NCBI GenBank assembly: GCA_030141605.1
Contig: JAQGDQ010000073.1
Coordinates: 248,001-312,000 of the forward strand
DNA length: 64,000 bases
Direction of reading: 5' to 3'
DNA from: Tubiluchus corallicola
Taxonomy: Eukaryota; Animalia; Priapulida
The translations under genes and the position numbers were made by a program. Below the pieces are notes generated by a model. The model worked only from the letters and a program-made list of their open reading frames with translations, was not told the DNA's origin and made no database searches. Positions 26,401-40,300 of the stretch are shown piece by piece (positions within the stretch are counted from its first letter, which is position 1; each line of letters starts with the position of its first letter).

Positions 26401-29400
26401 AAAATTCTTATTCAGTTTTTTTGTTATATTTTATTTTGCCTAATATAAAATAAATATTTACCAAACATTTATGTATTATACATTGTCAGAATTGCAATGG
26501 GAAAATCTCTGATGCTATATTAGGCTATACATAGTGTATCATTGTACATGTAAAGACTACATTTATTTTAATTTGTGAATTTATGTACATTAAGTGTGAA
26601 TTATTTGATTGTAATCGTGATTGTGCATAAATCAGCTTCTCATGGCAACTAACAACACTGTTTTATTTATATAATGTTAACTGGATAATTCTAGTTTTCT
26701 TTAACCATGTGTATATTTTATTGTAAGGTATTTTACTTCAGTATGGGAAAAACTGTAGAAATTTCCAACAAATGGTTTTAGATAACTGTTATGTAGCATT
26801 TGTATTTGGTGTAACATTTTTCATGTTTTATTCTGTTTTGTTTAACAGCTTGTGTTTATTTTAGTCTTATTATATATTCTATCATCGTGGGGAACCTCTG
26901 GTCTCACTTACACTCTATGCTTTTATGGGTTCCATGTTTGCAGCTGGCTTGGCTATTGGGGTCATCATTGCAGTGGGAATACTATTATTTATACAGGTAT
27001 GATGTTTTTTTATTTGCTTTAGTCGTACATTGATAATTACCATAATTACCATATTGATAATTGACAAAGTTTACCATGGCCTTTTTATCCCATTAGTAAA
27101 AGAATATCTATTTTTCATTTCTTTTTAATAATTAGACAATAGACTTTATTCAAAAGTAAATTTTTTCAGTTCTTGTCATGCATTCGGGTTATTATTTTTT
27201 ATGGTCCTTTCTTGTATTTATCCAAAAGCTATTTTGCTTTTGTAATTGTTTTTCGTCTATTACACTTTTTATAATAGAAATGGTCACAATGTCCATTTTT
27301 TTGATAGCCACTTTGTGTTTTTTGTGTATCAGCAGGATTACTGCTGCTTCTTTAGACTAGTGATTTTTGATGTCTAAAATTTACTTTGCATTTTCTTACA
27401 TGACAATGTGCATATGAGCATATTTTGTAGGCATGTAATTCTTCTTATTTACATGCAAATACAGATGTCAAAAACATACATAATATAATATTATAGCTTT
27501 TTTGTGTTTTAAATGAATTATTGTTTTCAGTAAGTGTTTTTTTAAGTACAATAACATTTAATTCAAAAATCTCACAGCAAAAGTTTTTAGTGGTAATAAT
27601 ACTCTTGCAGTAATGGTAACAATCAGTTAACTCATTTATCTTTCTAGCTAAAGTCTGTGATAACAAACAAGACTGGCATTGAACAGTGGATAACGGAAAA
27701 AGCACAAAGATTTGATTCCAAGGAGCCAGAATTCATATATCCTTATGATCTTGGCTGGCATGCGAATATCAGCCAAGTGTTAGGTGTTCTAAGCTCACTA
27801 TGTGTGGAGTCTGGTATGCCGGATGGTGATGGCATCTGGTGGCCAATCCGAGATGGTTGCACACAATTTACTTTAACTGTAAGAATTATGTGCGTTAATA
27901 CGCTGTACCTTCCCGTGCACAACATTGTTTTCGTATGCACTGTAGATTTATCTACCTAAAGTATAGTAAATATAATAACATAAGATAAGATAAAATAAGA
28001 ATTTTTATTCCTTTTGGTGATCACTTATCACAATTTCATTTGGCTCATTAAAAATACAATACTGAAATAAACATATGAAAAAATACAAATGTACCCAAGT
28101 TCAAAACAATCATGAAATGAACTAAACAGTCACCTGTGGTTTCACAAGCTTTGCTTCTTACCACCATGAGCATATTTGCCAATACCTTACCTTAGACCTT
28201 AGTCCTTCCTGCGCATTGATGCACATTGGGCAGACAGCATTTTCCACTGAGTTCTATCGGCGGCTTCGTTCTCTACGTTTTCCCAACGTCTGTTGACAGC
28301 TCGAAGGTCTTCTTTGAAGGATCTGCGCCACGTTGTTTTTGGCCGACCTCTTTTTCGTTTCCCACCAGGTGGTTCCCACTGTACTGCTGTTTTGGCGAAG
28401 CGACTTTCTGATAGACGGAGAATATGTCCAGCCAGTTTCATTCTTCTCTCTGTAACTATATCTTTTAACCGCAATGACTGCGCTCGTTGAAGAACTTCTA
28501 CATTGGTGACATGGTCGCGGTAGGAGATTTTTAGTATCTTTCGAAGGCATTTTTGGTGGAAGACGTTCAGTTTCTTTGATAACTCCGCTGTGACTTTCCA
28601 GGTTTCGCTGGCATAGAGAGCCGTTGGCAGCACAATGGCGTTGTACAGACGAAGTTTGATTTTCATGTCAATTTTCTTGCTTGTCCAGATTTTTCCCATC
28701 TTCCTAATTACTGCTGTTGCTTTGCCGATTCTCCCCCTGATGTCATTTTCTGTACCTCCATTACAGGTCATCACACTGCCTAGATATGAAAAACTGGTAA
28801 CGTTCTTAACCATTTGGCCTCCCACTGTTATATGTACATCATTCTGTTGGTTTGTCCACACTTTCAAAACTTTGGTCTTTTCTTGACTAATTCTCAATCC
28901 AATTTTTCCCGCTACTTCTTCCATACTTGTGGTCAGTTGTTGCAGGCTTTCTTTTGATGTTTCCAGAAGAGCTATATCGTCAGCAAAGTCCAGATCTGCC
29001 AATCGTTGTTGTTGTTTCCATTGCATTCCTAGATCTTTACCATCAACCGCCTTGTTCATGATGAAATCAATCGTCAGTAGGAACAGGAATGGCGACATAA
29101 TGCAACCCTGCTTAACTCCAGTTTCGATGGCGAAATACTCGGTGTTTCCCTCTTGTGTTCTTATACAACAGCCGCTGTTTTGGTAAAAGTTCTGGATGGT
29201 TGAAATGAATTTCTGTGGGATACCATACAGAGAAGCAATTTTCCATAGAGACTGCCTGTGAACAGAGTCAAAAGCCTTCTTGAAATCAATAAAATTGATT
29301 AATAAGGGCTGTTGGAATTCCATACATTGCTCAATGATGTTTCTGAGAGTGAATATCTGTTCACAGCATGATCTTCCTTTTCTAAATCCAGCTTGTTGTT

Positions 29401-31046
29401 CTCTTAGTCTTATATCAACAGCATCTCTCAACCGATCTAGCAGCACTATACTCAGGACTTTTCCAGGTATAATACCAGTAGAGTATAATTAAACGACACA
29501 TCGTAGAAACTAGGAAACTGATTGTCACTTGAAGTTAGCATTGAATTGTCTTACTGCACTTGGAATGAGAGTTCAGAAATCTATTTGTTTTACAAATAAG
29601 GATTTTATACTTGCCAGAATTCAGATTTTCAAAATGATGCAAGAGGGTGAGTTGGGTCATTTATCAAACACTTTCACTTTTGGTTGTTTTTCCCTTAAGG
29701 TACGTTTAGTGTAGGTCCTGGAGTACCGCAGGGCTTTCCAGCAATACCAATAATTTTATTTAAAAGATGGCATCATTACTAAAATTCTGGTTCCACACAA
29801 TAATTACTATGTATTTGCTTTTTAGGCTGGTACATTAAATGATGTCATTTGTATACAACTTCTTGTAGGGTTAAATGTATATTTCATCGAACATTAGGTT
29901 AGTGTTTGTTACAATCATCAAAACATGCAGTTCTGAGTTAGATTTTTTTATTACATTTGGCATTTTGCAGTTTTTAGTACAGTTCATTGCTAATCTTTAT
30001 CCTACAGATCGAACAAAAAGCACAAAAAGAAGAGAAGCGAGAACGCTCAATCACCTACACGATCGTAGAACCCTACAGCGGTGCCTTTTTACCTGTTTCC
30101 AAGGGGTGTCGAATTGTTTGTAGCATTCCATATACAGATGAACCACGTATTCCACTGAAACCTGGGGACGAGGTGTCTGTTACACGATGGAGAAGGTTTG
30201 TTTGTTATTTATCTGGTAAGGGGATAAAAGGATAGCTAAGTGGTGATGGTGTATATTTAGTGATTGAAGTTAAGAAATGTCAACCTGATTGGATTGGTAA
30301 ATGGATAGGTGACTACCAGAAAAACTATCTAGGTTATTTCAACTTCCACACTGCCACGTGTATGTATTTTATGAAGGGCAGTTAAATACCTATTCAAATG
30401 TGAATAAGGCACGGCTGTCAATTCACTGTTTTACCTTAGAGCAATATCTTTGATAACCAAAGTGTAGTTTCCTGTCTTGTCAAACCGTTTACATTAATCA
30501 TGCTCTGGCATTAAATGTTCGATCCTAGCTTAAGCGGTAATAAATGAGCTGACTGGTTATTTCTGATCAACTAATCAGTTAATTACTGGGTAGTTGTAGG
30601 CGTCACCTCTCCGTTTAGTCATTACCGAACGTACTGAAACTACCCAGCTTTATTAAAATTGCAGAATTCCTTTCTATTCCAAAATTTAAAGTAATCTGCT
30701 CAGTCTTTAGCAATATTTAATGGCCCATTTTTGCCTTCTAGTACAAATTACAACTGTGTCCTTGTCATCTAGCTTTTCTTTGCTGGTTTTTCTCATTGAA
30801 CAAAAATCGTAAATATAGTACACGTATCCAAAAAACCTGTTTTCATTATTATTACTAGTCGTTATTGTAATCTTTATCTTATTGCCTCGCTTTTACAGAC
30901 ACTGGCTGTACGGTGAGAAAAGGGTGAAGACAGACAATTCTGTTCTACCTCCAAAAGGCTGGTTTCCACGGCGATGCGCTGTAGAGCTAACTGCTGATGA
31001 CTGTGATCTTTCAAAACTGTCCAAGAAGTACAAAAAAATTAATTAA
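23470..31046 (+). CDS. ZDHHC6: Palmitoyltransferase ZDHHC6 (DHHC domain plus C-terminal SH3-like domain)
   Basis: Exons 23470-23712, 24837-24928, 25855-26011, 26865-26996, 27648-27878, 30008-30195, 30899-31046 join in frame. Motifs LHWGP, [76 protein letters not shown] and a C-terminal KKIN dilysine ER-retrieval signal. Confidence 0.96.
28187..29470 (-). mobile_element. 5'-truncated RTE-type non-LTR retrotransposon, copy 2, in a ZDHHC6 intron
   Basis: Uninterrupted RT frame (IPGKVL, EQQAGFRKGRSC, FIDFKKAFDSV, FADD). Nearly identical to copy 1 over the shared part, with the same tail. Candidate TSD aatacc at 28181-28186 and 29471-29476. Confidence 0.95.
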
Positions 31047-34000
31047 ATAAAATTTTTTACAATTTATTGTACTCTATGCTTTCTGTTAGTTGAAACACTG
31101 GGCTAAGTCAAAAGTAATGATTTTTATTGTGCAATTTCCATGGTTTTCACTCATAAAAAATTTGCCAATTATTGAAGAAAATGTTTAAGTTTGTTTTAGT
31201 TGCCGCTTTTCCAAATTTGATTTAACATAGGGTAACCAAAATAAAAAATTTAATTAACTGTGATTTTGTTCTTGATATATTGTGTTAGCTTGTTTCTTTA
31301 CATTTGAAATTTAAATATTTTAGATTTAAACCATCCTATGCATTGCCAGTTTTTCATAGTAAACATGTTTGCTTTTGTGAAAAATATTATTATTCTTGAA
31401 AAATTATTTTCCTAACTGTTGATTAGAATTGGATTATATTACAAGAAAACCGAAATTTAATTTGCTTGGCTTCTTTGTTTTGATTGTTTCTAGGAAGATT
31501 TGTTTATTAAATGATACCTGTCTTGATTTTTTAAGGTATACTGGATACTTTGTAACAAACTTATGAAAATGTATCATTAGTTTTGATGTAACCAATATTT
31601 CTGTGCAACGTTTTATTCCGCAATGGTGCTGTTAAGTTCATGTTTTACTATTTATGTGGCAGCTGCACTATATTGAATGAAATTGTTATTTAATTACTAT
31701 GTAGGACATTTTATTTAATTATTTATTTAGACAGACTTATTAATGGGCATTTACTATCGTCTTCTGTGAGATCATTTGTGTTTTGCTTTTTTGGACATTT
31801 TGTGTAGCAGTTAAAGTCGTAGTTGCTGCAATTGCAATCCGGGAACTTGGTATATTGGTTCCCATACTCAAATATTCTGAAGTAGCCATTTCTGATGATA
31901 GTGGGGAAGGGAAAACTTGTGTTTTTGTCTGTTCATTCCTTTACATAGTGGCACATGGACTCATTGTAAAGTAAAATATAGTAGTTGTGTTGCAGTGTGG
32001 CCTTAGTGAGTCTGTGCCTCTGTGATTGTTTTGGTCATTCATCCCCTAATTATCGCAGAAATTAAGACTAATTTACTTTTGCAAATTATTTATCTTTGGC
32101 AACTCAAAAGAGACATGTATGTTTATTAAACACGACTTTACTCCTAAATTTTTTTTAAAAGGAAGTGCTGCATGTACTGTTTTCCTGTCTCCAGTCACAC
32201 ATTTACTTCTGCTAGCAGGCAGTTATGAGCTTTGTTTAGTCTTGATATGTGTTTGGGAACTAGCCAATAGTGACCATCTTGTCTTAAATCAAAATTAAAA
32301 ACCTCTAACAGCCTTTCAATCAAAGTTTTTGTGCACTTATCATTTCTGCTTTGTGGTTTTTAATATGTAAAAAATCATATTATGGAAAGTCCAGAATAGT
32401 ACACTGTAATTTTTGAAGTTGTTAGGAATGATACGTCTACGTATATTTTTTGTAAAACTTTTGCTCATAGTTTTATATTCCTTTGAGTATTCACTTATGC
32501 AAATCTTGAAAGTTAGGACTAAGACACTTGTCCTGATTCAGTGTTTTATTTGAAGAATATCCTTGACAATTAAATAGATTCCAGTCCTTCTACAACCATC
32601 AGCACCTGCTGCAAAGTACCAAAGTGTATAGATACACAACTTTCCATTTGAATAGTTAGTCTCAGACAGCATTCCTTTGGAGAGTAAATGGCACTCCTAC
32701 AGAGATTTAGTTCGTGGTTCATTATGCTTTTCTCAATTTTCTGAAAATGATAAAGCTGAAAAAAATTATTGTAACTCCAAGTTATCTGGAGAAAAAACAG
32801 AAATGCAGAATTTGGCATATTGCATGTATCGTGCTGTTTTTTTCTGGCAAAACTATAAAAAAATAATTAATTTTAACTATGTACATTCATTTTTGATTTG
32901 ACAATAAGAACTACAGGTAAGCTACCTAATACAAAGTTTAATATACAATACTTTAATTTCTTATAAATATAGGGTGTTAGAAGTGTATACAGCTTAATTG
33001 AAAAACTGTTGTACTGGCAGATACTGATTATTGTAGAATGTTTAAATTTTGTTGGCCCATGCTTTCCACAAAACCTTCAGAACTAATAACCAAGCAAATA
33101 AGTAATTATAAATGTCGAATTTTTGGTATATTTGTGGAATTTCTGAAAGCATGCGAGTAGGTAGTTTTCATTAGTTCTGTGCCAATCAGGAAGTTGTTGC
33201 CAAAGAGGCAGATCGGATACATTACTAATGTAATCAGTGAAACTGCCTTACTGGAAATGAAATTGACTTACATTTTTACAAAGTGAACTTGATTTAAATG
33301 AATTTCGTTTTTTATTAAGTGGACTAGGACAGCTTGTTAAAACCTTTTTGGTCTTTCGCTGAATTTTCAATAGACTATACTTAGCCTTGTCAGCAAAATA
33401 TTGTAAGTGACCCTAAATATCCAGTTGAGCCAGCATTTATCATGGTAATCTACTATGTCATACGAAAATGTTCATATTGAATGAGAACCTTTAAATTTTG
33501 TAATTGTCTTATGTTGGTGTGAAGTCATTCCAAGAATAAAATTTAATTTTAGTAATCTAAATATGGCTTAATTGTACATCAGTGGTGTTTGAGTGACTGT
33601 TTGAAAACTACCAGATTATTGAAAATGTAATTGTCATTTAAATATCTCATCACTGAGGAACGTCTATGACACCTATTAGTACATTATCTTTGCACTTGTT
33701 CACTCATGTTGAAATTGATCAACATCTTAAACAAAATGTTTGCGGGCTAGCCCCTTCAAGTCAATGTAAAATTCCTAATTTGTTGAGTGACTTTTTTGTT
33801 TGTTATTTAATAAAGCAATGCTGTAACTGTATACCATAACAAAATAACCAAGCAACAAATCGCATATTAAAATTTTTTTTACAAGAATTTATTTTTTTTC
33901 CACAAAAAACAACTTTACACTTTTACTTTTAACATAAGGGTAGATTTTTTAGACTAGTGTCACCCCCAGTTATGTCATATTTGTGAAAAATTTATGGCAG

Positions 34001-37000
34001 TGGCACCAGTCTAAAAGTGGTTTGAAAGATTATGTCAATCAATATTATTATCATTATATTATTACTGATCTCAACAACTAGCAGCACAAAAATTCTGTAT
34101 AAAATGTCAGCTCAAGAAATGGGGACAAAATGAGTTTTACAGAATGAGGGGAAAAGATTGCACTCTTTGTAAGCAACTAGACTAGAAAACTGTGCAAACA
34201 AATACAGTTCACCACAATTTTAAGCTAATTTCTGTGTGTGCTACACAAAACTAACCAATGAGATTGGATAAATCATAAAGAGGGCTATAAATCATAAATG
34301 CAGTGCAATGAAGAAAATGTGTTAACAACAACAACTGAATCAGCGGACAAAAGATTTTTACGTTATGTTCAACGTGAGGATAGAATTGCCTAATAACTGA
34401 TATACATTACATTTTGCTATAATATTACACACCAGGAGTAACTAATCCAGAAAAATCGTTATGGCTTAGTTATGCCTGTCACACGAAACTGAAAAAACAC
34501 TGGTATGAAAACAAACTAGTATATAAATATGTAATTTCTTCTTGCTTAACTTTCACAAGAACCAAATATTTACAGCACCACCTGGTGGCCAGTGTACACA
34601 TTAAATTGCTCCATTAAACCAGCTCAGTACAATGACCAACGTGGCAGTCGCTCGAGGACTCTCAATAGTGGCAAAAACCACTTAATACTGACAACCCTCT
34701 TTTTTCTCTCGCGCATGTCAAATATGGCACAGGACGTAACAAGACAATCAAACTTCTGGTACAACTGCCTCCCCTTACAAATGCCGTGCGAAAACAACTT
34801 CAAGACAAAACACGACAAGAGATACAAAAACGACACAAGACACATAACTGTAAATAATTATATGAAAACTATAATTGACCATAAATACTAACAAGCAATG
34901 ACGAACTCAATGGACAGCACGGCTAACGTAATTACAAGACAGCTACCACCAGTTATTCAATCGAGTGTAATCACATCCTGGCACTTTTTTAAAAAACACC
35001 CATACTTAAATTTGCACTTCAACTTATCCTTCTAGAGTGAGTGACACCAAAACGGACCAAGATCCACGAGTGCCTCAGCCTCTCTCTCTCGTTTTTTTTA
35101 AGTTTAAATGAAAAAGACACACATCACACGCACAAAGTACAAGCCAATAAAAACGAGAAAACCATTTTAATGACAAAAAGACAGCTTACAGAAACACTGT
35201 GATACAAATAAAACATAAAATAAAAAGGCTTGGTGAGCTTAGTTGCAAAATGTTTTGAAGTTAACGAGAAATGGCATAATACAGGGTCTCAGGTTTCTCA
35301 TAATCAGCAGTAGCAATTGAAGTGTTGTTTTTCCTCTTTGATGGCTTGATTAAAATTTAAAATTATTATATCACTGCACGCTGAGGCATGCTATAGAATT
35401 ATATGTATCACGAATTAATGCTATTTAAGAGGCCAAAGCCTACAAGGTTCATCTATATCAAGACATTAACTGCTGTATTACTGAAACACTCATCAAACCA
35501 ACAAAAATTGACAAGCGTTTTACTTAGACTGAGAGGCACGAAATATGCACTAACACGCACTACATTCAAGTTCACAGGTTTTGGCACGAATGCTCAAAAG
35601 GCTCCGAATTTTACATATAAACAACTTGTGTAATAATCATACTTTGTATAAAAATATCGCAAAGAAAAACCCATAAAAGCATAATAATAAGCGGCGGGGG
35701 CACTATGACCGATCTAAAAACCTACAAAAATACGAGCCTAGCAGCAAAGTCATGTGAATGGTACTAAATTGAGTATGCAGAGTTGTAGTTGGATGGATGG
35801 CATAGAGCTGCAAGGAATAGCAGAATATAGACAAAAAATCAGATATTCAGAGAAAAGCACAGTAGACAACTACACAACAAGTTAATAATTCATCATCACA
35901 GTCGGCCATATCATAAGTTAAAGCTAGAACACTAATAAGTTATTATACCGATAGAAACATTTTGTCTCGTAAACCGAAAAATGGTGAAAAATGAATGAAC
36001 TACATGTCCAGATGTAGTTTACTAAACAAACTTCCATATCTAGCAGCATGTCTCTTCATGAACACTTGTCTAATTGTAGATGTGCCAAATTTACATGTAT
36101 AAGCATCTGAAGCTGCACATGTGCAGCTCTAAGTAACAGTTTTGGCCTTTGTAACTGACCAGAACAGAAAGAAAGCAAATGACATTCAATGAAACCACAT
36201 TCGATATCAATTATTAGCAATTTTGTTCATGAAGGGAAAAAATTAGCCTAATGCTGCATTAAATGATAATGCATGCAACTTTTTAAACGTATTAGCAGAA
36301 ATATTATTAAATATGGTTTACGTAACATGTATTTCCTATCCTTGCATCTTCTATTTTAAACTCAAAGGAAAGGGCAAGCCTTTCGGGAAGACAAATTTCT
36401 TTCAATGTCAGCAAAAAATATTTATCACGAAGTCTACCAGTTACATCATAATTTTCAGGTGAATGGCGACTACCATTACGTCTGAAAATTTCCGTACAGT
36501 AGTAGTAGTATAGATAGACTTACTTTACAGACGTTTTTTTTGCAAAATTTCATTGTTTTATTTTTCTAAGTTTAAGTGATAGCAGCAAAATAAACCCATG
36601 CAAAATGACATGTCCTTTCCTTTAAAGTGATGGTAAAACTGTGAATTGCAAAACATTAAAGTAGCTACGCTACTGATAGAGAAGTAGAAGTTCATAGAAA
36701 TATCAACTGGTTTTTATATTCTAATTACAACACTATCTAATAACTTAAAATTTAACTATAAACAAATGCAGATAAACTACTTCTATACAGGGATGAAAAA
36801 TGTGCAGTTTATCACAAATAAAATCAAAAAACATTTAGAAAAAGCTATTCAAATTACATTTTTCGCTGTGCATTCTGAATATCGCTTAAACTAAAACTAT
36901 AACAAATGGTCACTGTTTACACTATCAAAACTTAACACCGTGGAAAAGACAACACACGTAAAATGTTGAAGTGAAGCGTAAACTGCACAATTTTCGTAAT

Positions 37001-37303
37001 TATTAAAGCACCATTTGAGCCCCCAGCTTAGATATTGTTTAATATTAATGTGTAGAAAATTATTATTTCTGTAATCACGAATAAAATATTTGTTGAAACC
37101 TACACGTTGCTTTTCTGGTTACTATGGTAACTGAAAATCAAAATCTGGCGCACAAGCACACATTATGTAACATACGTCTACGCATTACCTAAAACTTGCG
37201 CACTTTGTTTTAATTTCTGATCAACAGAAAACAAAAAGTGTTTCTTATCTATAGTAACCAGAAAAACAAACTGAAGTCTAAAGATGATAATTGATAGTGA
37301 ATA

Positions 37304-40300
37304 CTAGCGGCCCCTAGCTTGATAAGTACCCCTCCCGCCACCGCGCCCATCTCTGGAAATTCCACCCCGACCACGACCGCCCATCATGCCCCTGGGGGGG
37401 CCCATACGTATACCACTTCCGGGTCTTTGATCACCAGCTCCACGACGGTCGTCCATCCGCGGCGGCATTCGTGACTTTTTCTCTTCAATGTTAAGACGAT
37501 GATTTCCACGAAAAAACTTAGGTGGCCTCTCTGACAAAGCCTTCTGCACGGCCGCCTCATCTTCAAAGATTACAAACCCATAGTTCTAGAAAAACATAAT
37601 TATTTAAAAAGACTGTGAATCTTACAGTGCTAATTCAACAATCTACTTCAGACAGAACAGATTCTACTATAAAGGATTCAGACATCGTTACTGTGAATAA
37701 TTATTGCCCGCTTTATGAAACAAACACAGAATGTGCGATCACACATACAAGTGTAAAGCTGTCAGCAAGTTACACAGCTTAACAGTACCAGAACTAAACT
37801 TTAAACTTGGATAAACTTAAAATTATCTAAGATTGGATAATTCCATGATTAGGGTGAATGAGGAACCTCAGGTTTCTTTTCAACAATCGTGACTTTTCAA
37901 CAATAGTTAAAGTACACAAAGAACATGGAACATAATAATTTACTCCTGTTGAATTTAACACAAACAAAAAAACAGACAGAAAAAGTTAAGTACATGGACA
38001 CAAACGAGCCAACTAATTAGCTTACAATCACTAAAATATAGGTGCAGAGTGACTCAAACATAGAGATTTGGATACATTATATCACAGTGTATATAGCAAC
38101 ATTGTTCTAAAATAATCACATATGATAGTACTACTGCACTATTAAACTCACAGAACAAAACTTTCGAAGAGTAATAACTTTAAAATTAAGTATTAAACTA
38201 CAAAATTGTAATACAACAAGCTGTTTGGTCACCAAAAAAGATTTTTTACAAATAGTTTTGACGCTCCTAAATTAGCTAACTACTATAAAAACAACCACCT
38301 AACTTAAACCTGCAATCAATGTTCTTTAATCCTTATAAATACACATTGCATAGCTATGAGCTATTTGCTCTGAACTTACCGGTACTGTAGGCCGCCCTTG
38401 TCCAGTTTTTGTATTTATTTTGATGTCAATAACTTTACCATAATCTAAAACATAGAAACACTGTGCGATAACTATCTAATTTCCATAAAGAGTTATAATT
38501 AATTAATTAATTAATGAAACTAATATAAATTAGCAACTTCACACTGATTTTAAGCTCCAAAATCTGCTTTAAAACAGATATTTTAATTAAAAATCAAACC
38601 AGTGAAAGTGAGAAAATCTTCAACTTGCTAAATAAATAAATACAAAAGTGCATTCAAATTTTATCGGGGATTTTATTTCATTCTTTTCACACAATTTGTA
38701 ACTGTCACAAATTTGATGAAATCGAGAAATTCACACTATAGAACACAATTTCACAGACAAGCACACAAAACGTAACGCACACTATCAAAGCACTGTTTTA
38801 CCTTCCCAGGTATAAGAAAAGCTCATTTGGTTGTTGCGACTGGTATTATGTAAGCCAAGCTAACCTATATTATTTTTTCACAAGAGAAGCTGCACTATTT
38901 GCACTCTCGAATTATTTATGCATTTCTGCCTGTGATGCACAAATGATAATGAAATCTCGGGAAGGAGTATACAATTCCCCACACAATTTAACTACCCTAC
39001 CCTAAATCTAATCACAATCTGCTTCTGGGGGGAACCACAATTACCCTACCCTAACCCTAATCCACTTCTGGAACTAATTCCTTATGTGTGGGGAATTGTA
39101 AACTTTAGCCAAATACTGCACTGTTCATTACCTGAGCAATCTACTCTAGCAGTTGTACAAGTGCAGTTCCGGAAACACTAATCAATTAAACTCAATTTCA
39201 GAACACTTGCAAGTTCTTTGAAATTAATTACATTCCCATGTAATTGTCTTAGTATGAACTGACTGCAAATTCATTTTGCAGGCATGTGGCTTTCCGCATT
39301 TGTGTTTGATCCTGCGATTCTATGATTAATCAAACCCTGATCTGTGTAGTTTGTGCTCCCTGGTTTTATACTTGTAACTTAACAACACTCACAAAGTTAT
39401 CAAGCTTACAGCCAGCATGCAAACAGGGTGCAATGAACACACATTTTCATCATCCAAACTGAACTCAATTTTTTTAAGCTTAAGAGCCACCGAACCGAAT
39501 CTTAACAGAATGATCGGCAATGTTGCTGAACCGAACAATTAATCAAAACTGAACCAAATTTTTTGGTAATTCGAATCGAGAATAATCACAAACTCTGTAA
39601 CGATCTATCATTTTAAGTTAGTGGTGTTTGGTGAACAGTGTAAAATTTTTCTGATTACTACGGAAAGGATTATTCAGGGAAAAAAATTGTTGAGCTGAAT
39701 ATTCAATGCATTCCTTAGTACATCCTAACATGGCTCCACAAGTATTGAATTTTGGGCAGCTGCAATAGGAAATTCATTAACAAAGTAGAGGTAAAACGTT
39801 ATTACGCTGTAAGCGATGTGTATGAAATTTAAGATTCGGCAAACTAAATCCACAACATTGATACAAATTTAAATACAATTGAAGTGACGTTAAAGGGACT
39901 AACTTACATTCAAAATGCTGTTTCAGTTCATCATCCTTCACTTCTTGTGGTAAGTTGCCGACGAACAACTGCTGTGTGTCCGGGTACCGAGAAATAGCGC
40001 TCATACCTCCACCACCAGGTGGTTGACCTCCCACAGTACTGGCAGGCACACCGATACCTGCGCGTTTCTCTACACTGCCGCCTGGAGTGCCATCACCGTC
40101 TCCTCCTGTGAAGCTACCGGCCCGCGAACTCGGTCCTGAGGATGAAGCAGTTACAGGACCAGCCATGCCGCCTCCAGCCATACCTGCAGAAAAAATGTGT
40201 AGTATTAATCGAAAACAAAGAAAGATAGCCTTACTGTTATCGCAAACTAATTATTAAGAAAGTACAGAGCTCCAAAGTTTTATGTAAACCCAATAGACAT

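Noticed and set aside
34592-34891. Overlapping ORFs on both strands between ZDHHC6 and G3BP
   Set aside because: No recognisable motif or exon chain; consistent with low-complexity UTR sequence.
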